64,000 bases of DNA from an uncultured Candidatus Saccharibacteria bacterium (GCA_947166125.1 CAMVCW010000004.1:2949-66948), one strand, 5' to 3'. Positions 16,782 through 26,374 are shown, counted from the stretch's first letter. A program made the numbers and translations. The notes: generated by a model from the sequence alone, not told the origin.

Positions 16782-17654
16782 TCAATTCCGCTGAGCTATT
16801 CGCAACTTGGCACTTCTAGCTCGCGGGTTGATAACTAACTCCTGATTTTCCGCAACGATTGGCTTTCTGGTAATAATTTTTAGTTCGGACTCTTCGCCAA
16901 AGCTGGAAGCTTCTTTGAAATAATCTTTTACCAATCGATCCTCTAGACTATGAAAAGTGATGATACCCAAGCGACCATTTTTGTTGAGTAGCTTAGGTAA
17001 AAGCGGTAAGGTTTTTTCGATTTCGCCGAGTTCGTCATTGACGGCGATACGAATAGCCTGGAACACTCTAGCTGCGGGATGAGTCTTGCTATACCTAGAT
17101 TTACCGAGGATAATATCGGCGAGTTCTTTGGTAGTTTTTACCGGACGGTGATGAACGATTTCGCGAGCAAGCATTTTAGCGCGGCCCGGCTTTTCTTCGC
17201 CAAATTTGACGAAAATTTCGGCCAATTCCCTTTCGCTATAATGATTCACGATTTCATCCGCCGTGAGGGATTGATTTTGATCCATCCGCATGTCGAGCGG
17301 GCCATCGTGCTTAAACGAAAAACCTCTCTCTTCCATGTCTATTTGCGGAGAAGAAACTCCAAAATCTGCCAGTATCATATCAAAAGTTTCTCCACACTCG
17401 GTAAGCTGTAGCACCGCACTGTAAAAATCCGTATGTTTTAGGGTGATTTCGTGTGGAAATTTGCGCTTTAAATAATTTATAGCAAATTCATCACGATCAA
17501 CCAAAACAGAACCTTTAAATTGCTGTGTTACATCCAAAATTTCGCTAGCGTGCCCACCGTAGCCCGCGGTTAAATCCAAATATGTTTCGCCCGGCTGCGG
17601 ATGAAGCCCTGCTAGAACTTCTGATAGTAATACAGGTATATGTAGTTTCTCCAT
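16782..17654 (-). CDS. rsmH: 16S rRNA m4C1402 methyltransferase
   Basis: HIPVLL, DLTAGYGGH, DFGVSSPQ, LDMRMD, ITFHSLEDR, NPRARSAKLR. Confidence 0.95.
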   Translation of the reverse strand: MEKLHIPVLLSEVLAGLHPQPGETYLDLTAGYGGHASEILDVTQQFKGSVLVDRDEFAINYLKRKFPHEITLKHTDFYSAVLQLTECGETFDMILADFGVSSPQIDMEERGFSFKHDGPLDMRMDQNQSLTADEIVNHYSERELAEIFVKFGEEKPGRAKMLAREIVHHRPVKTTKELADIILGKSRYSKTHPAARVFQAIRIAVNDELGEIEKTLPLLPKLLNKNGRLGIITFHSLEDRLVKDYFKEASSFGEESELKIITRKPIVAENQELVINPRARSAKLRIAQRN

Positions 17655-18295
17655 GTATCTATTATACATTGTTTGAGATCGTTCAACTAGAAACTTCGGC
17701 GGTTTTGTTTTTGTTCGATTTTTATTTATTTCACAATATATCCACCACAATTTGATTTACGCGAAGTAAATTATATATTATGGCCGTTGAGAGACTTATT
17801 GTGTTATGGTTTTGCAACCAATTATAGAGTTTTATTGGGAGGTGTGTTTTAAGGAAAGAGCGCACGATTTTGGTTTCGCATCTCGCTATCATTTAATGCG
17901 CGCCAAAACTCCTAGTTGGTCGATCTCAAACTTTTTTAATGTACGACTTTTTATTTAGCGTTTTTGTTTATTTATTCGCTGATTTAAGTTTATGATAATT
18001 TTTCACAAAATGCAAGAGCTTTTTTGGACTTTTTTATTTTGGGAGTTTTTCGCAAATGTGGAAAACTTCCCTGTTAATTTCCCGAACAAAGATGGTTGAA
18101 ATTCTGTGGTTTTATGGTGTAATAACCGAACAATTCTCTGTTCTATGGCTTGGCTTTCTCTGTTATATTCTGTTATGCTTGATTTTTTAGCTTAAGTGTG
18201 ATATAATTAGGTTATGGTGGGGATTTTGTGGCCCTAATCGCTTCTGGCGATTATTTTTTATATGGTATAATGTAGGAAATAAGTGGAGATAATAC

Positions 18296-19303
18296 ATGGA
18301 AAATACCGATCTTATAAAGGAAAGTAATGCGACCGAACCGTTTGATGTCTTTCTCTGGGCGAACGAGATTGATGAAGTAAAAAACAACGTTTCGGCGGAG
18401 CTGTTTTTATTTAACAAAAATTACACACCGTACAAGATTAAATATTCAGATAAACTGACCGGTGCAGTGAAATCGATGTTCATGCAAGAGGCGGTGCATT
18501 ATATTATAGAGGAAGCGGACAAAGGCCTAGAGGTACGCGATTATGAAAAGGCAGACGGCGAGGAAAAAGTAATTTACCGTACTTTCCTTTCCAAGGTTGG
18601 CCGCGCCGAAACTTTAATCCACTTGATTGAAAATGAGTATAAAGATATAGATTATTTCTCTGAAAACGAGTATGATTTTAAGAAGGTCAAGGGCATTATT
18701 GCTAAGTTTACTTACCCGGGCGAAGACGGGATGAAGACTTTCTATATTGCAAAGATTTTGCCGGCTTCGGCAGCGCTGAAGGGGGCGACATCTTGGGAGA
18801 TTAACGGCGAGAGTTTTGAACCGTTCTCTGCCGAGATTGCACTCAAGATGCCAGAAGATAACCAGGTGGCGATAGTGGATGGCACGATTATCGTGTTTAA
18901 CCAAGCTAAGTTTGAGAATTTGTTCCAATACGATTATAAATCTCAGGTGATTGCTGAGGCGAAGGCAAAAGAGTTAACCGAAAAATATAAACTATCTTTT
19001 GCGGAAGGGTTGACTCTAGATGCACTGTTAGCAGATAAAAAGCCAATCCTTAAAAAAGTACAGGCGATGGATATTGCTGAAGAAATGCCACAGGATAAAT
19101 TGCTAGATTACGCGGATGAGATGCAATTAGAGTTAATGACGGACGATGATGGCTCTATTATTATCATGGATGATAAAGATCTCACAATGTTTGTGAATTT
19201 ATTGAACGAAGATTATTATGTATCGCCGGTAAATGGTAAGCGATATGAGATTAAGTCTAAGAAATTACTCGGCGAGCCAGACGGTGAACCACCGAGAGGA
19301 TAA
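18296..19303 (+). CDS. DUF4868 / Kiwa KwaB-like protein
   Basis: Acidic 335-aa protein ending FVNLLNEDYYVSPVNGKRYEIKSKK, the C-terminal pattern recalled for DUF4868; recognition only. Confidence 0.55.
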   Translation: MENTDLIKESNATEPFDVFLWANEIDEVKNNVSAELFLFNKNYTPYKIKYSDKLTGAVKSMFMQEAVHYIIEEADKGLEVRDYEKADGEEKVIYRTFLSKVGRAETLIHLIENEYKDIDYFSENEYDFKKVKGIIAKFTYPGEDGMKTFYIAKILPASAALKGATSWEINGESFEPFSAEIALKMPEDNQVAIVDGTIIVFNQAKFENLFQYDYKSQVIAEAKAKELTEKYKLSFAEGLTLDALLADKKPILKKVQAMDIAEEMPQDKLLDYADEMQLELMTDDDGSIIIMDDKDLTMFVNLLNEDYYVSPVNGKRYEIKSKKLLGEPDGEPPRG

Positions 19304-19321
19304 AACCCATTAGGCTATCTA

Positions 19322-19436
19322 GCAATTAAAACTACCTTTTCGGACTCGCTTGCTTCGGCCCGTCGTTACGGGCGAAGCTTCGCTCATTCCGCTCCTCGTT
19401 AGTCGCGTACGGTCCTTAAAGGTAGTTTTTAATTGC
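19322..19436. repeat. Palindromic repeat element between convergent genes
   Basis: Terminal inverted repeat gcaattaaaactaccttt/aaaggtagtttttaattgc; core nearly identical to 59983-60092. Confidence 0.85.
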
Positions 19437-19437
19437 C

Positions 19438-19968
19438 CTATAGTTCGAAGTAGCTATTTTCTATAAAGTTGGATTCGCCGAGGGTTTCGAAGGTTTTTTG
19501 TAAATCTGATTTTGCGGCGGCGACAGAGTCGTTGGCGGCAAGATTGGATTCTATTTTGGCATAGTAGCCTGGTTGGGTTTCGATTTTGTCTAGATAAATA
19601 TAGGTGCCTTCGCCCATCTTGAGATCTTGACGGCGGCGCGATACTTCCCCGGCTGGCTTAAAGCCAAGTTGCAAAATAATATTTACAGTGTTTTCGTAAT
19701 CTTTAATACTGGTTTCTTCTACTACGTCTATACCGGAATCTTCGATGTGGCGGCGCAGAATGAGCGAGTATTTGGGTGGCTTATCTACGGCTTTCATTTC
19801 GGTACGCATCACTAGGCGTGGCAAATTCATTCCCCGCTTGTAGCCGCGCGGCACGTATACGCGATCGTGCTGCCAATAGATGCTCGAAAAATCTAGATCG
19901 ATATCGGAAAGTTTATCTTCGAACCTCTCCCGGCTGGAGAGTTTACATTTTAAGATTACCTTTTTCAT
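19438..19968 (-). CDS. CYTH-domain protein
   Basis: N-terminal K-x-K strand, QHDRVY, RLVMR, YLDKIE..GYYAKIE layout of the CYTH fold. Confidence 0.75.
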   Translation of the reverse strand: MKKVILKCKLSSRERFEDKLSDIDLDFSSIYWQHDRVYVPRGYKRGMNLPRLVMRTEMKAVDKPPKYSLILRRHIEDSGIDVVEETSIKDYENTVNIILQLGFKPAGEVSRRRQDLKMGEGTYIYLDKIETQPGYYAKIESNLAANDSVAAAKSDLQKTFETLGESNFIENSYFEL

Positions 19969-20021
19969 AGGTTAATTATAACACATTGTCTCCTCAAACT
20001 ATGGGCGGGTTCTATCCGAAA

Positions 20022-21653
20022 TTATTTCGCCACACATCGCACAGATTTTCCAGCACTCCTGTAGCCATACGTGCCGCCATAGGGAGTTTCTGGACTGATT
20101 TTACCTAAACTGAAAGATAAGTTATAAGCGGTATTTCCACTATTAATGGTGCTAGAGTAATAAAAGCCATTAGAAGAATCTTCAAGAACTGAGTTATTAT
20201 ATATGTAACCAGGTCTTGCGAAATATAAAGGTGCTTCAGTTAATGCAATACCAGTATCGTACAAGTTGTTATTGTATAAAAAATTCAATCTAGTAAACTC
20301 ATTAGTAGAACCAAGCGTAGATCCAGACTGGTTAGATATAGTAGGTAATCTCCATCCTTTAGGACATATAGAGTTCTTGGGATTCTTAGATATATCACTT
20401 AATGTATTTTGTGTTAGTGAAGAAGAATTATTAGAGGCTATAGCTGCAGTCCAGTTATAGTAATTGCCTAGTGAGAAATGTCCTGTTTCTGTACTATCCG
20501 TCTTGTTAGCGGTATATGATGCAGTATTACTATTCTGCCAACCGGTAATAGGGCCTGTATTCTGAAAACCTATCGTAGTAGCACTGCCAGCTGGAGTATA
20601 ATATGTTATTCCATTGTCTTCTGTATATCCATCATTATATTCCGCGTATTGTCCAGTGCTAGAATCGTAGACCACATTTAAGTCTGTAGTTTGGGAATTT
20701 AGTGTAGTGTTGGCTGCTATATCAAAATCTAGATTTTGCGTCATCCAACAATGTCCATCTTTAAGTTTGGTTACCCAGTAGAGTTTATTGTCCCTAATGT
20801 CTACTAATTGGGTAGAGGTCCTTTCGTCGTTATTTGATACAGAATTACATATGTCACTAGTCATATCTTGCATAGCAAAATATGATCCATTTTCATCGCT
20901 ATAAACTTTTTGCTTACCGGCTAACCAGAAAGCAGCGTCTATGTCGTTCATAGTTGAAGCATTACTATTTGGATGTGTCAGCATATACTTCACCTGCCCA
21001 TTATAAGTACCTGCATATTGTGATGATGATGTATATACGGCATAGGTAGTAGTAAAAGATGAACCTTTAATCATATCAGTGGCTCTTGCTGGAAGTGATG
21101 CTACTTTAGTCCACCTATCTGGGACTATGCCGTATATACCATCATAGTCTAATGTAATAGTAGGTGGAGTAAGTGATGGATCATCTTTTAGGTTATTTAG
21201 ACTCATAGCCCAGTTAGATGTATTACCTGACTCTGCTGTTCCTGATACTATATTAAAGTTAGAACTTTCTGCATTAACTAGTCTATTATTACCTTCTTCA
21301 TTATTACTATACCCTACTGCATATACACTATACCCATTACCATCATTACATAGTGTAGTAATGGTAGTCTTTCCTATACCATTAGTATAAGTACCATTAA
21401 TCAATTCTGCTGTATGACTACTATCTACTACACTACTTAATGTACAGGATGATGAGATAGAAAAGGATAAACTATCTGTGGAGGAAGTAGAGCCACTACT
21501 AGAACTAGCAGCAGAGCTATGAAATGATAAATGAGATAAAACAACACCAGAAACCACAAGAAGAGGAATAGAAACTAACAATACATTACGGAAAGCATAG
21601 TAGAAGAAATCTATTCTACTACTCATTAAAGATTGTTTTACTTTGTGGCCCAT
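20022..21653 (-). CDS. Surface protein, type-beta N-domain plus FISUMP (Fib_succ_major)-like C-domain
   Basis: GHCWMTQNL, GNYYNWTAA, SICPKGWRLP, SVRC motifs; N-terminal TM helix. Confidence 0.8.
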   Translation of the reverse strand: MGHKVKQSLMSSRIDFFYYAFRNVLLVSIPLLVVSGVVLSHLSFHSSAASSSSGSTSSTDSLSFSISSSCTLSSVVDSSHTAELINGTYTNGIGKTTITTLCNDGNGYSVYAVGYSNNEEGNNRLVNAESSNFNIVSGTAESGNTSNWAMSLNNLKDDPSLTPPTITLDYDGIYGIVPDRWTKVASLPARATDMIKGSSFTTTYAVYTSSSQYAGTYNGQVKYMLTHPNSNASTMNDIDAAFWLAGKQKVYSDENGSYFAMQDMTSDICNSVSNNDERTSTQLVDIRDNKLYWVTKLKDGHCWMTQNLDFDIAANTTLNSQTTDLNVVYDSSTGQYAEYNDGYTEDNGITYYTPAGSATTIGFQNTGPITGWQNSNTASYTANKTDSTETGHFSLGNYYNWTAAIASNNSSSLTQNTLSDISKNPKNSICPKGWRLPTISNQSGSTLGSTNEFTRLNFLYNNNLYDTGIALTEAPLYFARPGYIYNNSVLEDSSNGFYYSSTINSGNTAYNLSFSLGKISPETPYGGTYGYRSAGKSVRCVAK

Positions 21654-21694
21654 CTTTTACCTCATTTATATATATGATTACTACTACTCCCCCA

Positions 21695-21886
21695 TGTGGT
21701 GCCACTATATTAATGGGGATTAACAAAAATGGCACCGCAAGGGGTGCAAAACACTATTATCGTCCATAGCAAGTATGCAACGCCAATAGGTACCTTGCGG
21801 CGCCATTTCTTTAGCGTTGCTTAATGAGTTACATTAAAATGTGCTACGGAACGTCGATAAAAGTGTTTTGCTCTTTCATTATAGCA
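21695..21886 (-). ncRNA. Structured 5' leader, copy 2
   Basis: -10 TGCTATAAT 21878-21886; P1 21855-21871/21746-21762; box A 21793-21808; box B 21727-21742; box C 21695-21705. Confidence 0.8.
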
Positions 21887-22202
21887 TATAAATTTCTATG
21901 CAGAATTAAAAATCAAAAAATTAGAAAATTGTACATTTTACTAGTGCTTAAAATAAGCAAGGCACAATGAAATTTAAGCCTAGGCGGTTTGTGATAAAAT
22001 TGTTGTTCGCGCGACAAAATATTTTTGTGCGGGTGGGGGTTGAAATTATGAATAGAGTGTGCATATACTATAGGCGGGTTGGCTTCGGGGTTTAATGAGC
22101 TAGAGTTCACAAGCTTAAAATGTATTTAGGTTTGCGGTTGTGTGAGGGTCCATTAAACGGTTATTCTAGGTAAACTAGGATCCCTAGGAAGGAGATGGTT
22201 AA

Positions 22203-22277
22203 ATGACCATACAGATCAATCTGTTATGCATCATCTTTCCAAATCGGAAACGCCGAAGTAAAAAAGTTAGGCCGTAA
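22203..22277 (+). CDS. Type I toxin-like peptide, copy 1 (MTIQINLLCIIFPNRKRRSKKVRP)
   Basis: SD AAGGAGA; conserved in a second copy with a synonymous change; upstream TTGAAA-N18-TATACT promoter and long leader. Confidence 0.65.
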   Translation: MTIQINLLCIIFPNRKRRSKKVRP

Positions 22278-22330
22278 AGCCTAACCTACCAACCTACAGA
22301 GAAGTCGTCCTAGAGGGCTTCTCTTTTGTG
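22260..22330 (-). ncRNA. Convergent antisense sRNA, copy 1
   Basis: -10 TGATACAAT at 22336-22344; hairpin with a CUCUAGGA loop; terminator gttaggc/gcctaac plus U6. Confidence 0.6.
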
Positions 22331-22341
22331 CTTTGATTGTA

Positions 22342-23964
22342 TCACGAAATTATCTCTATGTCCACAATACGAGCCTCGGCAGATTTTACACCGTTGAAAT
22401 CATTCTCCATTAGTTTAATCAGTGGTACTATCTTGTCTTCCGAGGTAAGACTTAGCCACTGCTCTGGAGCATAGAAGGCAACGAGTTTTAGATTATTACC
22501 TTTTCTATCCCTGATATCTAGGCGGAGGTGATTTTGTTCGGTGCCCATGTGAGAAATATTAACGATATCTACTTCTGGCAAGCGGAAAATCGGCTCTTCG
22601 TTCCCTGCACCGAAGGGCTCTAGGGATTTTAGTTCTTCTAGAAATTGCAGAGATAAATCAGAAAGGTTCGCGACATCTAGGTCGGCTCGCTGCTTGAGAT
22701 ATTTTGTTTGATCTACTAGATGCAAGCTTTTATAATATTCATTGATTTTCTCGCGAAATGCATAGAGCTGCTTGCCATCTACCCGTACACCGGCGGCGCC
22801 AGCATGGCCACCACCACCAATGATAGAATCCTTGGCATAGTCTAGAGCTTTGGCCAAGCTAAAATCACCAAAGCTACGGCCAGAGCCCTTAAAAATACCA
22901 TTTTCTACCTCTGATAATACAAAGGCTGGACGCTGATATTCTTCTACTAAACGGCCGGCAATAATCCCCAAGATGCCTTCGTGCCAAGAGCCAGTCTCTA
23001 TAATGACTGGATCATCCGAAACGCCGCGGGTGGAGATTTCTTTGATAGCGGCTTGCTGTTCAGTTTTGCGTTTTTTATTGAGGTCTTCTAGCTGTTCGGC
23101 GAGAGCGGCGGCATCAGTAGGAGAAGCGGCGCGAAGTAAATCTAGTGAAAGATGAGCAGACTTCAGCCGGCCGGCGGCGTTTAACCGTGGGCCAATCTGA
23201 AAACCGATGCTTTCGGCAGTTAAATTTTTTACTCGGGCACGAGACATTAATTCTTTTAGGCCAGCGCGGCGAGTTTTTTCTAAGACCTTGATGCCGTAAT
23301 AACCAAGAATACGGTTTTCGCCAGTGAGAAGCATATTGTCGCAGATGGTGCCGATCAGCACTAAATCTAGCAGCCACTTCTCTTGGCCGGCCGGGATGAG
23401 ACTTTTTTGCACTAAGCCTTGCGCCACCTTAAAGGCTACGCCCACACCGGCAAGATCCCTCAGGCCATTTACGGCGGCAAAATCTGGGCGCTTGGGATTT
23501 ACTACAGCCAGAGCCTCTGGTAATTCGTCGCCACATTCATGATGATCTGTGACGACGGTATCTATATCTAAGGTATTTAGCTCGTCTATAATGGCGTGAT
23601 TGCGTGAGCCGCAGTCTACCGTAATTACTAGTTTAGTCCCCTGTTTTTTGACGCGAGTAATTAGACGCGGACTCATGCCGTAGCCATCCGCAAAACGGTC
23701 CGGCAACATAATATCTATATTTTCAGGATTGGCGCCGGCCAGAGCAAGCGCATCCGCCATTACAGTACTAGCGGTGACGCCATCTACATCGTAATCACCA
23801 TAGATTAAAATCTTCTCGTTCTCTGCTATAGCTTGATTAATTCTGTCTGCCGCCTTATCTAAATCCGGTAAAATGAATGGATCAGTGAGATTTTCGTATC
23901 TAGGGGCCAAAAAACTACGGTCTAGCCCACGCGCTTCTAATAAGCGTTCAAATAATTTACTCAT
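22342..23964 (-). CDS. recJ: ssDNA exonuclease RecJ
   Basis: YGDYDVDG, ITVDCG, TDHH (DHH), GPRLNAAGR, GGGHAGAAG. Confidence 0.95.
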   Translation of the reverse strand: MSKLFERLLEARGLDRSFLAPRYENLTDPFILPDLDKAADRINQAIAENEKILIYGDYDVDGVTASTVMADALALAGANPENIDIMLPDRFADGYGMSPRLITRVKKQGTKLVITVDCGSRNHAIIDELNTLDIDTVVTDHHECGDELPEALAVVNPKRPDFAAVNGLRDLAGVGVAFKVAQGLVQKSLIPAGQEKWLLDLVLIGTICDNMLLTGENRILGYYGIKVLEKTRRAGLKELMSRARVKNLTAESIGFQIGPRLNAAGRLKSAHLSLDLLRAASPTDAAALAEQLEDLNKKRKTEQQAAIKEISTRGVSDDPVIIETGSWHEGILGIIAGRLVEEYQRPAFVLSEVENGIFKGSGRSFGDFSLAKALDYAKDSIIGGGGHAGAAGVRVDGKQLYAFREKINEYYKSLHLVDQTKYLKQRADLDVANLSDLSLQFLEELKSLEPFGAGNEEPIFRLPEVDIVNISHMGTEQNHLRLDIRDRKGNNLKLVAFYAPEQWLSLTSEDKIVPLIKLMENDFNGVKSAEARIVDIEIIS

Positions 23965-23965
23965 T

Positions 23966-24256
23966 TTAGCCTATGGTTTTGCTCGGCTTGCTGCCCTTTT
24001 GGCTTTTAATGACAATACTTTGAAGCTCTTTTAAGATTGGGAATTGTTTGTTGGTCTGGTAGATTTTGGTTTTACCCTTTTTAGTAACGATAAGGAACTT
24101 ACCTTCGGCCATGCGGTTTAGTTCTCTTTGGATATTGCCTGGATCTTCTTTGATGAGCTTAGCCAAGCCACGAACGTGGGTCTTAAAGTCTGGATATTTA
24201 GCAAAAACCACGATAATTTTGCGGCGCACCCGAGAAGTGACAAATATATCTAACAT
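23966..24256 (-). CDS. Winged-helix DNA-binding protein
   Basis: SRVRRKII..HVRGLAKLIKEDPGNIQRELNRM pattern of ArsR-like wHTH proteins. Confidence 0.65.
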   Translation of the reverse strand: MLDIFVTSRVRRKIIVVFAKYPDFKTHVRGLAKLIKEDPGNIQRELNRMAEGKFLIVTKKGKTKIYQTNKQFPILKELQSIVIKSQKGSKPSKTIG

Positions 24257-24370
24257 ATTACCTCGCTTAATCTCTCACTATTATAGCACGTAAAGTGTAA
24301 AAAATACAACAATTCAGTAATGCGATCTAATAATACCTTCAGGACCGCGCCTGATGTTATAATTATATAT

Positions 24371-26317
24371 ATGTTTTATGAGGTAATACCGGGGAAAGTG
24401 TTTGGTAAGGCTGGCGGTGTGCTAACCTATGAGTCTGATAATTCCCTGGTGCCGGGGCAGATTGTAGTGGTGCCGCTAGGGCGAGGTAAGGCAGTAGGCG
24501 TAGTTAGTAAAAAAGTTGCACAACCGAATTTTGCTACGAAAAAGATTTTGCAAGTTTTGTATTCAACGCCGCTGCCGGCACATTTAATTGCTACGGCGAA
24601 GTTCGTAGCAGAATATTACCAAGTGCCGCTAGCTAGCACTCTGGGGCTAATACTGCCAAATGGAGTAGATAAGAGGCGGCGAAAAACCGAACAAATGTTC
24701 GGGGACATAGCAAAAACCGAACAGGCCGCTGCTAATGCGGAAATCCCGCTTAACCAGGCTCAGAAAAATGCGCTAGAAGCCCTAAAAAAGGCCACAGGAG
24801 CCACGAAACTACTGCATGGCGTGACCGGAAGCGGTAAAACTAATATATACCTCAAAATGGCTAAAAATGCTCTTTTAGCGCAAAAATCTACTATACTTTT
24901 GGTGCCGGAAATAGCTTTAACAGGGCAACTTGTTCGGGTTTTTGAGAAATATTTTGGCGACAAGGTAGTGTTAATCCATTCCCGACAGACAGAGGCTGAG
25001 CGACATTTAATCTTTAATTCCCTCCTAGAAACAGATGAAACTAAGATAATAATAGGGCCAAGATCCGCCCTGTTTGCACCTTTAAAAAACCTGGGGCTAA
25101 TTATTATAGATGAGGCACATGAGGGCACTTACCGCCAAGAGAACGCGCCAAAATACTCGGCGATACGGGTAGCAAGCTATATGGCTGGAAAGCTAGGGAT
25201 TGACCTGATTTTGGGGTCGGCTACCCCTACGGTGGAAGATTATTACCTAGCAAAGAAGAAGGGGGCCTTGGCAATATTAAAAGAAAAGGCCAAAACCACC
25301 GCAGTGAGGCCAGAAATTAAGATTATAGACCTAAAAAACAGAGATAATTTTAGTAAAAACCGGTATTTTTCCAATTCCCTACTTGCGGCGATCAAAAACA
25401 ACTTAGAACAGGGGCAACAGACGCTGATTTTCCATAATCGTAGGGGATCCGCACCGTTGACGATTTGTGAGGATTGTGGCGAAGAGATGCTGTGCCCAAA
25501 CTGTTTTTTGCCTTTAACCTTACACGCTGATAGCTACGAGCTGGTGTGTCACACTTGCGGGCATACTGAGCGAGTGCCACTAAATTGCCCCAAATGTGGT
25601 GCGCCGGGGATAATTCACAAAGGGTTTGGTACTAAATTATTAGAGAGTGAGTTAAAAAAACTCTTCCCTAGTGCGCGAGTACAGAGGTTTGATGCGGACA
25701 ACAAGAAAAATGAGGGATTAGATGCCACATACACAGAGGTGCACGATGGCAAAGTGGATATATTAGTGGGGACACAAACTTTAGCAAAGGGGCTAGATCT
25801 GCCGCGATTGGCCACCGTGGGGGTGGCGCAGGCCGATGCTGGGCTAGCCTTACCAGATTATATGGCGGAAGAACGGACTTTTCAACTGATTACCCAGGTG
25901 ATAGGCCGAGTGGGGCGGGGGCATAGCGACAAAGCAGAGGTGTTTATCCAGACATTTCGGCCGGAAAGCCCTGTGATAAATATGGCAGCAGAGTCTGATT
26001 ATCTGGGGTTTTATGAATATACAGTGAAAAAGCGACGCAAGGCCGGGTTTCCGCCGTTTATGTTTGTGGCGAAGCTAGAAATCACAATGAAAACAGAGGC
26101 GACAGTGCTAAAGAAAGTACGTGCGACGGTGGTAAGCCTTACCCGAGATAAGCGACTACTGGTTTCCCCGCCAATGCCGGCGTTTCACGAGTATACTAGC
26201 CGGGGCTATACCTGGCAGATTATCGTGCGAGCTAAATCTCGTAAAGTACTGATAGAGACGTGTAAAGATTTAGACCCTAATTTCCGCGTAACCTTTGACC
26301 CGGTGGGGCTGTTATAA
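24371..26317 (+). CDS. priA: Primosomal protein N'
   Basis: HGVTGSGKT, IIIDEAHE, tandem CxxC zinc motifs, LVGTQTLAKGLD, QVIGRVGR. Confidence 0.95.
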   Translation: MFYEVIPGKVFGKAGGVLTYESDNSLVPGQIVVVPLGRGKAVGVVSKKVAQPNFATKKILQVLYSTPLPAHLIATAKFVAEYYQVPLASTLGLILPNGVDKRRRKTEQMFGDIAKTEQAAANAEIPLNQAQKNALEALKKATGATKLLHGVTGSGKTNIYLKMAKNALLAQKSTILLVPEIALTGQLVRVFEKYFGDKVVLIHSRQTEAERHLIFNSLLETDETKIIIGPRSALFAPLKNLGLIIIDEAHEGTYRQENAPKYSAIRVASYMAGKLGIDLILGSATPTVEDYYLAKKKGALAILKEKAKTTAVRPEIKIIDLKNRDNFSKNRYFSNSLLAAIKNNLEQGQQTLIFHNRRGSAPLTICEDCGEEMLCPNCFLPLTLHADSYELVCHTCGHTERVPLNCPKCGAPGIIHKGFGTKLLESELKKLFPSARVQRFDADNKKNEGLDATYTEVHDGKVDILVGTQTLAKGLDLPRLATVGVAQADAGLALPDYMAEERTFQLITQVIGRVGRGHSDKAEVFIQTFRPESPVINMAAESDYLGFYEYTVKKRRKAGFPPFMFVAKLEITMKTEATVLKKVRATVVSLTRDKRLLVSPPMPAFHEYTSRGYTWQIIVRAKSRKVLIETCKDLDPNFRVTFDPVGLL

Positions 26318-26374
26318 ATTGACTTTTAGATAAAAATGCATGCAGTTTATGTATGATCTAAAGAGGTAAATTCA

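Noticed and set aside
17750-18290. Replication origin or mraZ remnant in the AT-rich gap upstream of rsmH
   Set aside because: Only two DnaA-box-like 9-mers, no dnaA nearby and no recognisable mraZ frame; evidence insufficient.
20022-20200. Diversity-generating retroelement acting on the FISUMP-like C-termini
   Set aside because: FISUMP-type domains are known DGR targets, but there is no reverse transcriptase and no template repeat differing only at adenines in this window. It cannot be excluded elsewhere in the genome.
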